Shown: positions 17,635 through 28,457, counted from the stretch's first letter. The stretch is DNA of 64,000 nt from an uncultured Lentimicrobiaceae bacterium (GCA_964492695.1 CAZBMR010000004.1:2414-66413), one strand, 5' to 3'. Program-made: numbers and translations. The notes: generated from the sequence alone by a model not told the origin.

Positions 17635-20067
17635 TCAGAAAACCCGCCTCATCTGCTGCCAGTCGAGGTAATACAACAATTTGATACTAAAACTGTTGCC
17701 CATGGGCGAGTTGAACGTTTGTTCAAGGTTGCGGAAATAATCATCATGCATTTCATTGCCAGCGACTTGCTGATAAACGGCATTTTTCCATACCAGCAGC
17801 AACTCGCTTCCAGGGGCAAAATTCCACCTGTACACCATGTCGATGTTAAAGGTGTTCACTGCAAAGCTGTGGTCGGTGTGATGCTCCACCGGTTCCAAAT
17901 TTGCATCTTCCAGCAGACGAAAGTAGCGGTCGTAGCCAACCAGCAGCCAGTAATGCCTCATTTCGAGGTTCATACCCGACTTTGGTCCAAAGGCATAACC
18001 GAGGTCGATCGAGGAGATCACATTCCTGACATCGCGACCCCCAAAAATAACCTCATTGATACCATTGGTTGATTCGTGGGTAGCAAAGCCCCTGTCGTTG
18101 ATCGTGTAATCATACAACACCTTTGCGATGAGCAGGATGTGTTCCTGAATCCGCCAGCGTGGCGACAGCTCAACATACCAGTTGAAATATTTCCATTCGG
18201 GGTACTGCCTGATGCCAAACCTGTAGTCGGCCAAAATGGTTTTCCGGTAATCGGGCGAACCCCAAAATCCAATGTTATAACTCCAGGGTTTTTGCCAATA
18301 CCGTCCCGGACTGCGGGCTTCGAAAAAATCAAGTCTTCCAGTGGGATAGAAATTGAAGTAGCCGCCAAGGGTGTACTGCGCCACAGTGGTGAGCCTGGTT
18401 CTAGCACCCAACTCTAACATACTGAATTTAAAAGGCTTATATTGATAGTAGGGATTGATGTAAAATTCATTGTACCACCTGAGCACCTTTCCTCTCGGCT
18501 CATACCGATTGTATTCGGCCTCCAAATTCACCACCATTTCGTTGGGATTTTTCAAATAGCCCATATCGTTGGGATTGTACGAATCGGTAGTGAGCGTCAC
18601 ACCGGCAGATGGTTTGAATTTTCCGTCAATTTTACCGTAATACAACTGCATTCTTTCGCCCAGTCTGGTTTCCTGGCCTTTTTGGTAATGCTGACTCATA
18701 TTGAACTGCGCATAAAGCTGTCTGCTTCCTTTTGAGTTGCGCAGCGAAACTTCGGCTCCGGAAACATTTACCATGCTGTTGCTATCAGGACGTGCCACAT
18801 TTGTATTGAAAAAACTCAGCTGCGAATGATGCGCCAGTGATTGTTCCAGCACGATCATGTTGTAGTTTGTCCATGGCTCGGTGCGCAGACGTTCTGTTTT
18901 GCCGATCGTCATCACCTCGGCCCAGGTGTTTGCCGTCACTGCATTAAAAACACCCACTCCAAGTCCACCTGCGGTTTTTCCCGAGAGCTTGGCTGCATTG
19001 ATGAGCTGCACTGTTTCAGGATTGGAAAGGATAAGCGAATCAGGATAATTGCTATTTATGTTCGACCATGCCCGGGGTTTTGCTCCTATGCGCCTGGTAT
19101 AAAACACATTACCTTTGTTAAACAACTCTGTGCCTTCGGTAAAGAAAGGTCGTTTTTCGTCATAATACACTTCGAAAGGTGTCAATGAATAAACGAGTTC
19201 GTCCGACTCCACCTGGCCAAAATCAGGGATAAGTGTCAGGTCCAGCGTGAAACTCTCATTCAGTCCCCATTTAACATCCATGCCATAGTTGTATCCCTGC
19301 GACCATTTGCCGGTGCCGCTGAAATGGCTGGCAGTTGCCGACAAATAAGGTGTAAAACTCAGTCGCAATGGGGGTTGGATGGGTTCGCCAATTGTAAGCA
19401 AACCCATTTGGGTGGTCATCCCTTTTTTATTCACATCAACCCAGTTCCAACTGTCGTACTCTCTTTTTCGCTGCACACTCCTGAAAAAGTTGATTCCCCA
19501 TTGCTGAACCGCTCTCTCGGGGAACCGAAGTGCCGCATAGGGAAGGGCCATTTCCACCTGCCAGCCATCGTTGGTGAGCTGAACACCCGATTTCCAAACG
19601 GCATCCCAACTGTCGTCCTCGTCATCATCTTCGTTGTTGAATTTCATGTCGGACTGCACACCACGAGCCGTAACTGTAAAGGCCAGCGCATTCAATCCGT
19701 CGTTGTAGGGATCGATCATCACTCCGAAATAATCTGCCAGACCAGTATTATCTCTTTCGTGCAATTCAAGCGACAGGCTGTCGGGATGGGGATCGTGAAT
19801 GCGTGCGGCAACATAGATGGCCTCATCGTCATAGCCAACAAGCACAGTGGTTTCGAAGCTGGCCGCCCGTCCATTAAAGGGTTCATACTGACAGAAGCCC
19901 TGCGCTGGCCCAGCCAATGACCAGTCAGCTTCGTGAAGAAATCCATCCACAACAGGCCGCGCGCCAAAGCGATGGGCATTCACCTGCTTTCGCTCTTGCG
20001 CGTTTGCAGCATACCCCTGAAGAAGGGACACATAAATAATCGCCAAAATAACCTGCCCGAATCGCAT
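17635..20067 (-). CDS. CBM9-like / DUF5916 domain outer-membrane-associated protein
   Basis: Signal peptide, an N-terminal VVDGFLHEADW segment like CBM9, and a long beta-rich C-terminal region. The family call is from memory. Confidence 0.6.
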   Translation of the reverse strand: MRFGQVILAIIYVSLLQGYAANAQERKQVNAHRFGARPVVDGFLHEADWSLAGPAQGFCQYEPFNGRAASFETTVLVGYDDEAIYVAARIHDPHPDSLSLELHERDNTGLADYFGVMIDPYNDGLNALAFTVTARGVQSDMKFNNEDDDEDDSWDAVWKSGVQLTNDGWQVEMALPYAALRFPERAVQQWGINFFRSVQRKREYDSWNWVDVNKKGMTTQMGLLTIGEPIQPPLRLSFTPYLSATASHFSGTGKWSQGYNYGMDVKWGLNESFTLDLTLIPDFGQVESDELVYSLTPFEVYYDEKRPFFTEGTELFNKGNVFYTRRIGAKPRAWSNINSNYPDSLILSNPETVQLINAAKLSGKTAGGLGVGVFNAVTANTWAEVMTIGKTERLRTEPWTNYNMIVLEQSLAHHSQLSFFNTNVARPDSNSMVNVSGAEVSLRNSKGSRQLYAQFNMSQHYQKGQETRLGERMQLYYGKIDGKFKPSAGVTLTTDSYNPNDMGYLKNPNEMVVNLEAEYNRYEPRGKVLRWYNEFYINPYYQYKPFKFSMLELGARTRLTTVAQYTLGGYFNFYPTGRLDFFEARSPGRYWQKPWSYNIGFWGSPDYRKTILADYRFGIRQYPEWKYFNWYVELSPRWRIQEHILLIAKVLYDYTINDRGFATHESTNGINEVIFGGRDVRNVISSIDLGYAFGPKSGMNLEMRHYWLLVGYDRYFRLLEDANLEPVEHHTDHSFAVNTFNIDMVYRWNFAPGSELLLVWKNAVYQQVAGNEMHDDYFRNLEQTFNSPMGNSFSIKLLYYLDWQQMRRVF

Positions 20068-20328
20068 ATATTATTGATTGAAACAAAGGTATTTGATTTT
20101 ACAAGAGCCACAAAGCACAGTCAGTTAACGGTTTCTGCAATCCATGAAACGTGACGGGGTTTCCTGAGCGGAACCGCTATTCGATATATAATACTATTTA
20201 TCAATTACTTACCAATATCAAATAAACCTTGAAAGCTATGATAAACATTGCTGAAAAATGAAAAATAACTTGATTTCCTGTCGCATTCGATGGAATCATT
20301 ATTTTTGTGGCACATACCACCCATTCAA

Positions 20329-21057
20329 ATGACGAACTACGAACGCTTTTGCAGTCCGGGAAAAAAGATAGCTGTACTGATTGACCCAGATAAACCTTCT
20401 GACAAAGAAATTCTTTTCCTTGCTGATGAAGCAGACCGTGTTGGAGTAGATTTTTTATTTGTTGGAGGCTCACTTCTTACCAACAATGGGTTAAACAACT
20501 GTATCAGACTCATCAAGAGCAAAACCAACATTCCGGTTGTTTTGTTTCCAGGCAACACTCATCAGCTCAGCAATTTAGCTGATAGTTTTCTGTTTCTTTC
20601 GCTCATCTCGGGGCGTAACCCCGACATGTTGATCGGAACCCATGTGATTGCAGCACCCTATTTAAAACTCAGTGGTTTAGAGGTGCTCAGCACGGGTTAT
20701 ATGCTGATCGAAAGCGGAAGACCAACCACCGTCAGCTATATGAGCAACAGCTACCCCATTCCCTCCGACAAAAACGACATTGCCATGTGCACGGCCATGG
20801 CAGGCGAAATGCTTGGAATGAAACTCATCTTTATGGATGCCGGATCAGGCGCGCTCAACACCGTTCCCGACCTCATGATAAGGGCCGTGAAAGAAAGCAT
20901 CAATGTGCCACTGATCGTTGGTGGTGGCATCAAGACACCCGAAATGGCCATCTCGAAACTGGAAGCTGGTGCCGATGTGGTGGTGATAGGCAACACACTT
21001 GAAAAAAATCCATCACTGCTTTCCGAATTTGTACAGGCTGTTCATGCGGTTGAATAG
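20329..21057 (+). CDS. Geranylgeranylglyceryl-phosphate synthase family protein (PcrB/GGGPS)
   Basis: IAVLIDPDK, FLFVGGS and VGGGIKTPE motifs of the TIM-barrel GGGPS/PcrB family. The ATG at 20329 fits homologue N-termini better than 20290. Confidence 0.8.
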   Translation: MTNYERFCSPGKKIAVLIDPDKPSDKEILFLADEADRVGVDFLFVGGSLLTNNGLNNCIRLIKSKTNIPVVLFPGNTHQLSNLADSFLFLSLISGRNPDMLIGTHVIAAPYLKLSGLEVLSTGYMLIESGRPTTVSYMSNSYPIPSDKNDIAMCTAMAGEMLGMKLIFMDAGSGALNTVPDLMIRAVKESINVPLIVGGGIKTPEMAISKLEAGADVVVIGNTLEKNPSLLSEFVQAVHAVE

Positions 21058-21165
21058 ACAGCCTTTTAACCACCCTGGCTTGATTTTCATAACCTTAAAC
21101 TGAATCAGCCGGGCACTGATACATTTTCACCCTATCATTGCCATGAAAATAATTATCGTATCAAC

Positions 21166-23298
21166 ATGAAAAAATTTCTCTCCCTCCTTGCAGCATCGCT
21201 GCTAACCACAATTTTTTTATTGGCACAGGACAAAGTGTTTACACCACAGGATGTAGTTGGCATGAACCCGGCGCTTTATGCTAAAAATTTACAGCAACTG
21301 CAATGGATGAGAAGCTCAGACACTTATTCATGGGTGGACAACAACAACGTGATCGCCGTTAAAGCGGGATCATCCGATACACTCACACCGCTGAGCCTCA
21401 GCACACTCAACCGGGAGCTGCTCTCTTTGAAGGAAGATACCCTCAGGCGTCTGCCCCCTTTGCAGTGGAAATCAGACACCCAAGCCATTTTTTGGATTAA
21501 AAACACTTTATACAGCATTAAAAGTGCCCCCATTCAACTCACAAAAATAACTTCATTGCCCGATGAGGCCGAAAATATTGAACTTGCAGCAAACAGCATG
21601 AAGGTGGCATACACCCTCAAAGGAAATGTGTATGTATTCGACGGCAATGTCCACCAGCAAGTTACAGACAATCCGGAGGGTGTGGTGAGCGGACAAACTG
21701 TGCACCGCAATGAATTTGGCATTGAAAAAGGACTCTTTTGGTCGCCCGACGAAAGCATGCTTGCTTTTTACCGCATGGATCAAAGCATGGTGACCGATTA
21801 TCCGCTGGTTGACATTGCGCAGCGCATGGCCGCCGTTAAATGGGAAAAATATCCGATGGCTGGAACAAAGAGCCATCATGTAACCATTGGTGTGTATGCC
21901 CTGGCTGACAAGCTTACACGATTCCTGCAAACCGGAGAGCCTGCTGAACAATACCTTACGGCAGTGACCTGGCAACCCGACAGCAAAGCCATTTTCACCG
22001 CCATTCTCAACAGGGAACAAAACCATATGTCCTTAAAATCATACGACAGTCAGACCGGTGCCGGGTTAAGAACAGTTTTTGAGGAAAAGGATGAAAAATA
22101 TGTTGAACCCCAACATCCTCTGTTTTTTCTTCCAGGCTCGAACAACCTTTTCATCTGGATGAGCGAACGTGATGGTTTCAGGCATATGTACCTTTATCAA
22201 ACAGATGGCACGCTGATTAGTCAACTAACGAGTGGCACGTGGGAGGTGACTGATTTGCTCGCCTTCGACCCAAAGGGAACAAAGGCTTTTTACCAATCAA
22301 CCCAACAAAGTCCGCTCCAGCTGAATACCTGGGAAATCGACATCAAAACACGCAAAACCAGACTTTTAACACCCGAAAACGGGACACACCGAAGCATGAT
22401 CAGTCCGAGCGGAAAATACATGCTCGACAGCTATAGCAGCGCCAGCACACCAAGAAAAATTCAACTGATTCAGCTGAACAAACTCGTGAGCAAAACCTTG
22501 CTTGATGCCCCAAACCCACTCGAGGCCTATGCCCTGGGCAAAACAAGCATCATCGGGTTGAATGCCGTGGACGGTACCCCGCTTTTTGGCCGCATCATTC
22601 TGCCTGTCAACTTCGATGCTGAAAAAAAATATCCTGTCATCGTGTATGTTTATGGCGGACCACACGCGCAACTCATCACCGACAGCTGGCTTTGGGGGGC
22701 AGGCCTTTACCTCAACTACCTGAGTCAAAAAGGGTATATTGTTTTCACACTCGACAACCGTGGTTCAGATCACCGGGGGCAAAAATTTGAGCAGGCCATA
22801 CACAGGCAAGTAGGTAAAGCTGAGATGGAGGACCAAATGACAGGTATTGCTTATTTGAAAACACTGCCCTATGTGGATGCAAACCGCATTGGAGTGGATG
22901 GCTGGAGCTATGGCGGTTTCATGAGCATTAATCTGAAACTCACACATCCTGAGGTGTTTAAAGTGGCCACAGCAGGCGGTCCGGTGATCGACTGGAAGTA
23001 TTATGAAATAATGTACGGGGAACGGTACATGGATCAGCCCGAAGAGAATCCGGATGGATATGCCGCTTCAAACCTGATTTTGAAAGCCCCGCAGCTTGAA
23101 GGAAAGCTGCTGATTATGCACGGGGATATGGATCCGGTGGTGCTTTGGCAAAACAGCCTCAGTTTTCTGAAAGCTTGCGTCGATGCTGGAAAGCAAGTTG
23201 ATTATTTTGTTTATCCCGGTCACGAACATAATGTGCGGGGCAAAGACCGTGCCCATCTCATTCAAAAAATAACGACTTATTTTGACGAAAACCTTTGA
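21166..23298 (+). CDS. S9-family dipeptidyl-peptidase IV-like serine peptidase
   Basis: Signal peptide, a beta-propeller N-terminal half, the nucleophile motif GWSYGGFMS and a C-terminal GDMD...H triad context. Confidence 0.88.
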   Translation: MKKFLSLLAASLLTTIFLLAQDKVFTPQDVVGMNPALYAKNLQQLQWMRSSDTYSWVDNNNVIAVKAGSSDTLTPLSLSTLNRELLSLKEDTLRRLPPLQWKSDTQAIFWIKNTLYSIKSAPIQLTKITSLPDEAENIELAANSMKVAYTLKGNVYVFDGNVHQQVTDNPEGVVSGQTVHRNEFGIEKGLFWSPDESMLAFYRMDQSMVTDYPLVDIAQRMAAVKWEKYPMAGTKSHHVTIGVYALADKLTRFLQTGEPAEQYLTAVTWQPDSKAIFTAILNREQNHMSLKSYDSQTGAGLRTVFEEKDEKYVEPQHPLFFLPGSNNLFIWMSERDGFRHMYLYQTDGTLISQLTSGTWEVTDLLAFDPKGTKAFYQSTQQSPLQLNTWEIDIKTRKTRLLTPENGTHRSMISPSGKYMLDSYSSASTPRKIQLIQLNKLVSKTLLDAPNPLEAYALGKTSIIGLNAVDGTPLFGRIILPVNFDAEKKYPVIVYVYGGPHAQLITDSWLWGAGLYLNYLSQKGYIVFTLDNRGSDHRGQKFEQAIHRQVGKAEMEDQMTGIAYLKTLPYVDANRIGVDGWSYGGFMSINLKLTHPEVFKVATAGGPVIDWKYYEIMYGERYMDQPEENPDGYAASNLILKAPQLEGKLLIMHGDMDPVVLWQNSLSFLKACVDAGKQVDYFVYPGHEHNVRGKDRAHLIQKITTYFDENL

Positions 23299-23571
23299 TG
23301 AGGCAGAAAACAACATGCCTTAAACACACTCAAAGGGAAGCTGAAACATTCAAACTTTTTTTGAATTTGTATGTAATTTTTATAATTTTGAACGAAACTT
23401 TTTAACCATTTTGTTCGTTTAAGCGTGCCTTATCAGCCAATTTGAAGAAAGAAAATTTCTTAATTTTGGAATTCATTCCTTGTTTGAAATTAATTCTTGT
23501 TTTAATATTTATGTAACCAATTGTTAATTAGTGGTTTAATATTGTGGCCTGCTTATTGATTTTGAATTGGC

Positions 23572-24015
23572 ATGCAAATACAGTATTATTATTCGATGCC
23601 CGCAATGCAAAAAAACACCTCCGCAAAAACCAACACTTCCACCCGGCAGCCTATTCATGTTCTGGTGGTTGATGATCTGCGTGTGAATTTTCTTTTGGTG
23701 AAGGCAATGCTGGGCAAATTGAACCCCGTGATTGATTACTGCGATAGCGGCGCCAAAGCCATTGAACACATACGCAGCGGCCGAAAAACAGATGTGGTGC
23801 TGATGGATTTTAACATGCCTGGCATGGACGGAAAGGAAGCCACCGAGCACATCAAGGTCATCAGGCCCAATCTGCCTGTGATCTCACTCAGCACTTTCAC
23901 TGATAGTCCGGCTTTTGACAAAGAAGAAGCTTTATACGACGGCTACCTCACCAAACCCATTCAGGCCGACCTGCTGATCGACGAGATCTACAAACACCTC
24001 GGCATCGAACCCTAG
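23572..24015 (+). CDS. Single-domain response regulator (receiver only)
   Basis: VLVVDD, VLMDFNMPGMDG and LTKP receiver motifs. The start is ambiguous among ATGs at 23572, 23596 and 23605. Confidence 0.85.
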   Translation: MQIQYYYSMPAMQKNTSAKTNTSTRQPIHVLVVDDLRVNFLLVKAMLGKLNPVIDYCDSGAKAIEHIRSGRKTDVVLMDFNMPGMDGKEATEHIKVIRPNLPVISLSTFTDSPAFDKEEALYDGYLTKPIQADLLIDEIYKHLGIEP

Positions 24016-24110
24016 CCGTGGATTGCTGCTTCAAACCACGCATCTTTCGACAACACTTATTTCATCAATTATTGTATATTTGCTCCTGTGTACACTAACA
24101 CGGGAGCCGG

Positions 24111-26876
24111 ATGTTCAAAACTGCAATATGGTTTTTTCTGACAGGGATTCTTCTGCTTCATGTTTCTATCCTGCAGGTCCGCGCAGAAACACCTCAAAAA
24201 GTTGATAGCCTCGAGCGATTGCTACCGGTGCGGGAAGGCATAGAAAAAGCTTTGCTCTACATAGATTTGGTTGCAAGCATCAGAAACATCGACCCCGCCC
24301 AAGGCATCAACTACGCCAAAGAAGCACTTAAACTTCCTGAATTTCAAAACAATGCATTGCTCAGGGCGCAACTCATCAACGAACAGGGCGTTTGCTACCG
24401 CAAACTAAACATCCCCGAAAAAGCCCTGGAGCTCCACCTGCAATCGCTTAAACTGTTCGAAGACAAGCACGACAGCACCGGAATTGCCTTCACCCTGGCA
24501 AACATTGGCAATGTGTATCACCTGCTTGGCAATGTTGAAAAAGCACTCGACAACCATTTTCGCTCTTTGTATCTCAAGGAATTTTTAAAAGACGAGCCAC
24601 AAATTGCCTACTCACAAAATGCCATTGGCATGGTGCATCTCGACATGAAAGACTACCGGCGCGCACTTGATTTTTTTATCAGCGCAATGGCTATCCAAAA
24701 AAAATACGGGCAGAAACTTGAATTAGCCAACATCTATGCCAATATTGGCAAAGTAATGACAGGCATGGAACGCTATTCGGATGCTGATGAATACCTTCGC
24801 AAAGCCCTCGACGTATATACCAGCACAGGAAACGAATACGGACAAAGCACCATCCTCAACCAGATTGCATGGCTTCTGCATCTGCAAAACAATGATGATC
24901 AGGCCCTGCAGTACCTCAAACAAGCAGAAGCCATCGCACTCAAACTGCAAAACAACGCGGTGCTTCACTACTGTTTTAAACTTCAGAAAGACATCTACAA
25001 GGGCCGAAACGACTTTGAAAAGGCACTGTATTATTCCGAACAAACCTCACGCATGCGCGACAGCCTGTTTTCCGAGCGCAGGGCATATGAGCTTACCGAA
25101 CTTCAGGTGCGATACGAAACAAGCCGGGTGGATGCAGAAAATGAAATTTTAAAACTTCAGCTCGAACAAAACAGCTACAAGTTCAGGTACATCCTCACCG
25201 GGAGCATCGCGCTGATTTTGCTCACAATTATGGCTTTCGTTTTTAACCGACTCAGAATCAAACAGCAACACTCCAGAAAGCTCGAAGTGATCAATCAGGA
25301 ATTGGAACAGCGTGTGGCCGATCGAACAAAAGAACTTCACAACGAAATCATCGAAAAGCAACATGCCTACAACAGCCTCAAGCAAAATCAGGAACACCTC
25401 AAAGGCATTTATGATACATCGCCCTTCGGAATCGCAGTAACGGATCAGGATGGTAAAATCATCCATACCAATCAGAGACTTTCGGAATCCACATCCATCC
25501 CCGCCATTGAGTTTACTGACAGCACCTGGCTACGCCACATCATCAGCGAAGACCGAAAGACGGTTGAATCGTTCTGGCAGAATGCCCACAAATATCAGGG
25601 AGCCCTCTCCGACCTGAGCTTCAGACTGAGGGATACCAAAAAAATTCGCTGGATCAGAATGAAAGGCGCTCCCATGCGCGACGAGGGTGTTTTTCTCGGA
25701 CTGGTTGTGGTAATGGAAAACATCACCGAATCGAAAAATTTTGAACAAGACCTCATCAAGGCTAAAAACAAGGCTGAAGAATCAGACCTGCTCAAATCGG
25801 CTTTTCTCGCCAATATGTCGCACGAAATCCGAACCCCTATGAATGCCATACTTGGCTTTTCCGATTTGCTTGCAACAGACGATTATTCCAACGATGAGAA
25901 ACGCGAATTCGTCGAAATGATCCGTTCGAGCGGCAAACTGCTCCTCAACCTGATCAACGACATCATCGACATTTCCAAGATTGAAGCCGGGGAGCTGAAA
26001 ATCCAGCATACATCATTCAAGCTGAGTCCTGTGCTCGACGAACTGTTTCATACATTCCGTCAACAACTTGATCAGAATGGGAAAAATCAGGTAAAACTTA
26101 TACAACACGGCCGTGAGGCAGCATTAAAGTTTGAAATAACTACTGACAAACTCAGGCTGGTGCAAATACTCACTAACCTGTTAAGCAATGCATCAAAGTT
26201 TACCGAAAAAGGTCAGATAGAGTTTGGCGTTATACATATTGGCGAACACTACCAGTTTTTTGTAAAAGATACGGGCATTGGCATTCCCGAATCCAAACTC
26301 GATGTGATTTTCGAGAGGTTCAGACAAGCCGACGACTCGCACACGCGCGTTTTTGGAGGAACAGGACTGGGCCTTGCCATTACAAAAAATCTTACGCAAC
26401 TGCTCGGCGGATCAATATGGGTTGAATCTGTCGAAGGAAAAGGATCGGCTTTTTACTTCACCCTTCCCGCGCCCTACGACCTTGGAATGACCAACAAAGC
26501 CTACCCCGACCTGAGTAAAAAAACAATCCTCGTGGCAGAAGATGTCGACATCAATTTTAGTCTCATCAATGGCATGCTAAGAAACACCCATGCAAAAGTG
26601 TTTCACGCCGGAAACGGCATGATTGCAGTTGACATGGCCATCGAGCTTCAGCCCGACCTTATCCTGATGGACATCCAAATGCCTGAAAAAGATGGTATTC
26701 ATGCCTTAAAGGAAATAAAAAAACACAAGCCTCAAAGCAAAATTGTGGCAATCACCGCTTTTGCACTGTCCGACGAGGGAGAAAAGTACATCCGCATGGG
26801 CTTCGACTCCTACCTGAGCAAGCCCCTTGGCATGGAAAAGCTCATCGAACTTGTCAGCCTTTTTCTTCTAAACTAA
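24111..26876 (+). CDS. Hybrid sensor histidine kinase: periplasmic TPR repeats, TM, PAS, HisKA, HATPase and REC
   Basis: Signal/TM segments, TPR-like repeats, H-box SHEIRTPMNAILGF, G2 box GGTGLGLAI and a C-terminal receiver ILMDIQMPEKDG. Confidence 0.9.
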   Translation: MFKTAIWFFLTGILLLHVSILQVRAETPQKVDSLERLLPVREGIEKALLYIDLVASIRNIDPAQGINYAKEALKLPEFQNNALLRAQLINEQGVCYRKLNIPEKALELHLQSLKLFEDKHDSTGIAFTLANIGNVYHLLGNVEKALDNHFRSLYLKEFLKDEPQIAYSQNAIGMVHLDMKDYRRALDFFISAMAIQKKYGQKLELANIYANIGKVMTGMERYSDADEYLRKALDVYTSTGNEYGQSTILNQIAWLLHLQNNDDQALQYLKQAEAIALKLQNNAVLHYCFKLQKDIYKGRNDFEKALYYSEQTSRMRDSLFSERRAYELTELQVRYETSRVDAENEILKLQLEQNSYKFRYILTGSIALILLTIMAFVFNRLRIKQQHSRKLEVINQELEQRVADRTKELHNEIIEKQHAYNSLKQNQEHLKGIYDTSPFGIAVTDQDGKIIHTNQRLSESTSIPAIEFTDSTWLRHIISEDRKTVESFWQNAHKYQGALSDLSFRLRDTKKIRWIRMKGAPMRDEGVFLGLVVVMENITESKNFEQDLIKAKNKAEESDLLKSAFLANMSHEIRTPMNAILGFSDLLATDDYSNDEKREFVEMIRSSGKLLLNLINDIIDISKIEAGELKIQHTSFKLSPVLDELFHTFRQQLDQNGKNQVKLIQHGREAALKFEITTDKLRLVQILTNLLSNASKFTEKGQIEFGVIHIGEHYQFFVKDTGIGIPESKLDVIFERFRQADDSHTRVFGGTGLGLAITKNLTQLLGGSIWVESVEGKGSAFYFTLPAPYDLGMTNKAYPDLSKKTILVAEDVDINFSLINGMLRNTHAKVFHAGNGMIAVDMAIELQPDLILMDIQMPEKDGIHALKEIKKHKPQSKIVAITAFALSDEGEKYIRMGFDSYLSKPLGMEKLIELVSLFLLN

Positions 26877-26894
26877 GCCTTCTCAGTCCACATC

Positions 26895-28457
26895 ATGACA
26901 ATGACCACTACAACACATATCATGCAAACAAGAATCAAAACCCACAACGCCATCAGCAAAACTCAGCATTTTTCACAATTCATACTCATGGTGTTTTTCG
27001 GTGTTTTTGCCACATCGATACAGGCACAATTGTTTGTTGAGATTCCTAAATCGGGAACTCCCATGGTGAATGCGGATGCAGCCTGGATCATGTCGCAAAA
27101 CAAGTTACATCCCCTCGCAGCCGGGCAACTTGCTGGCACAAACAACACCATCAGAACCGTTTTTCATCAGCAACGAAGCTTCAACAGCTTTGTATCAAAA
27201 GCAACCGCCTTGCCTGATATCGCACTCGGCGGAATGGATGTGGGTGATATAAACAACGATGGCCGCGAAGATGTGGTGATCACCGGGGCAAGCAACGGGG
27301 GTAAACTGCAATCAGGAGTTTATTTTCAACAGGCGAATGGCACCTTTAGCCGCAGCCAGCTCGTTGTGCCCGCCCTCACCGATGGCTCTGTCCAACTGGG
27401 CGATTACGACAAAGACGGCGACCTTGATGTGCTGATCACCGGGCTTGATTGCGACAACCATCTGAAAACGCTGGTGCTTCGAAACGACAAAGATAAACTC
27501 ACTGATATTCAAGCTAATTTACCAGGTGTTCGGTTTGGAAAAGCCATTTGGGCCGATTTCTCGAACAATGGCAAACTGGACATTGTCATTACAGGTAAAT
27601 CAGCTGAAGGTTTGATAACCAGGTTGTTTATTCAGAAAAATGATCAATTCAGTGGTTCACGTGCTCATTTTACACCTTTATACCACAGCGATGCGGTGAG
27701 TGCCGATTTTAATGGCGATGGCTACGCCGACCTCATGATTGCAGGACAAAACAAAGACGGAAACCCCGTGACGAGGTATTACATCAATAATAAAAATCAT
27801 CAGTTTGCCGAAGGAAACAGAGGTGGTATCCGTCAGCTGATGAATGCCAGCCTCGATGCTGGTGATTTTGACGGCGACGGCTTTGTGGATGTGGTGATCA
27901 CAGGCGAAAGCCTTGAGCGGCCTTACACCATCGTGCTCAAAAACATCTCTGGCAAAGGCTTCAAGGATGTCATGGCAGGATTGCCCGGCTTGAGCAACGG
28001 CACTGCACGCTGGGGCGATTTTGACAACGATGGCGACCTCGACCTCTACATTGCCGGAGTGGATGTTTGCTTCAATTTCATTGGCAGTGTTTATCGCTGC
28101 AACCTCAATCCAGCCCGCAGAACTGAAGAAGAGCCCATGCTCCTGAGCACCTACGATATGACAAAGGGTCCGAAGTACTATTTTGTGTTCTCATCTTGCT
28201 ACTGCGACCCCGAAAACACCGGCACCAAAGCATATCATGGATTTGTATCGAATATTCATCAGGAGAAAAAAGACTTCGACCTTAATTACGAATTTAACCA
28301 CCTGCTCATCACACAATATCCAGGCTGGAACAGGGCCGACCGCGGACACCGCACCTCCAACGCCTTTGTAAGCGTGGCAGATGCAGAGCAGGGACGCAAA
28401 ACAGTGATAGCCAGCTATCTGCAAGACAACTATACCGTTCATTACCTGAATTGGTGA
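26895..28457 (+). CDS. Secreted FG-GAP/VCBS-repeat beta-propeller protein with an unrecognised Cys-containing C-terminal domain
   Basis: Signal peptide plus at least 6 repeats of the type GDxDxDGxxDvvItG (for example GDYDKDGDLDVLITG and GDFDGDGFVDVVITG). Confidence 0.8.
   Translation: MTMTTTTHIMQTRIKTHNAISKTQHFSQFILMVFFGVFATSIQAQLFVEIPKSGTPMVNADAAWIMSQNKLHPLAAGQLAGTNNTIRTVFHQQRSFNSFVSKATALPDIALGGMDVGDINNDGREDVVITGASNGGKLQSGVYFQQANGTFSRSQLVVPALTDGSVQLGDYDKDGDLDVLITGLDCDNHLKTLVLRNDKDKLTDIQANLPGVRFGKAIWADFSNNGKLDIVITGKSAEGLITRLFIQKNDQFSGSRAHFTPLYHSDAVSADFNGDGYADLMIAGQNKDGNPVTRYYINNKNHQFAEGNRGGIRQLMNASLDAGDFDGDGFVDVVITGESLERPYTIVLKNISGKGFKDVMAGLPGLSNGTARWGDFDNDGDLDLYIAGVDVCFNFIGSVYRCNLNPARRTEEEPMLLSTYDMTKGPKYYFVFSSCYCDPENTGTKAYHGFVSNIHQEKKDFDLNYEFNHLLITQYPGWNRADRGHRTSNAFVSVADAEQGRKTVIASYLQDNYTVHYLNW

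Noticed and set aside
20201-20473. 90-aa ORF on the - strand in the DUF5916 / GGGPS intergenic region
   Set aside because: It overlaps the GGGPS 5' coding region in antisense, has no motifs and has an odd composition. It is probably spurious.
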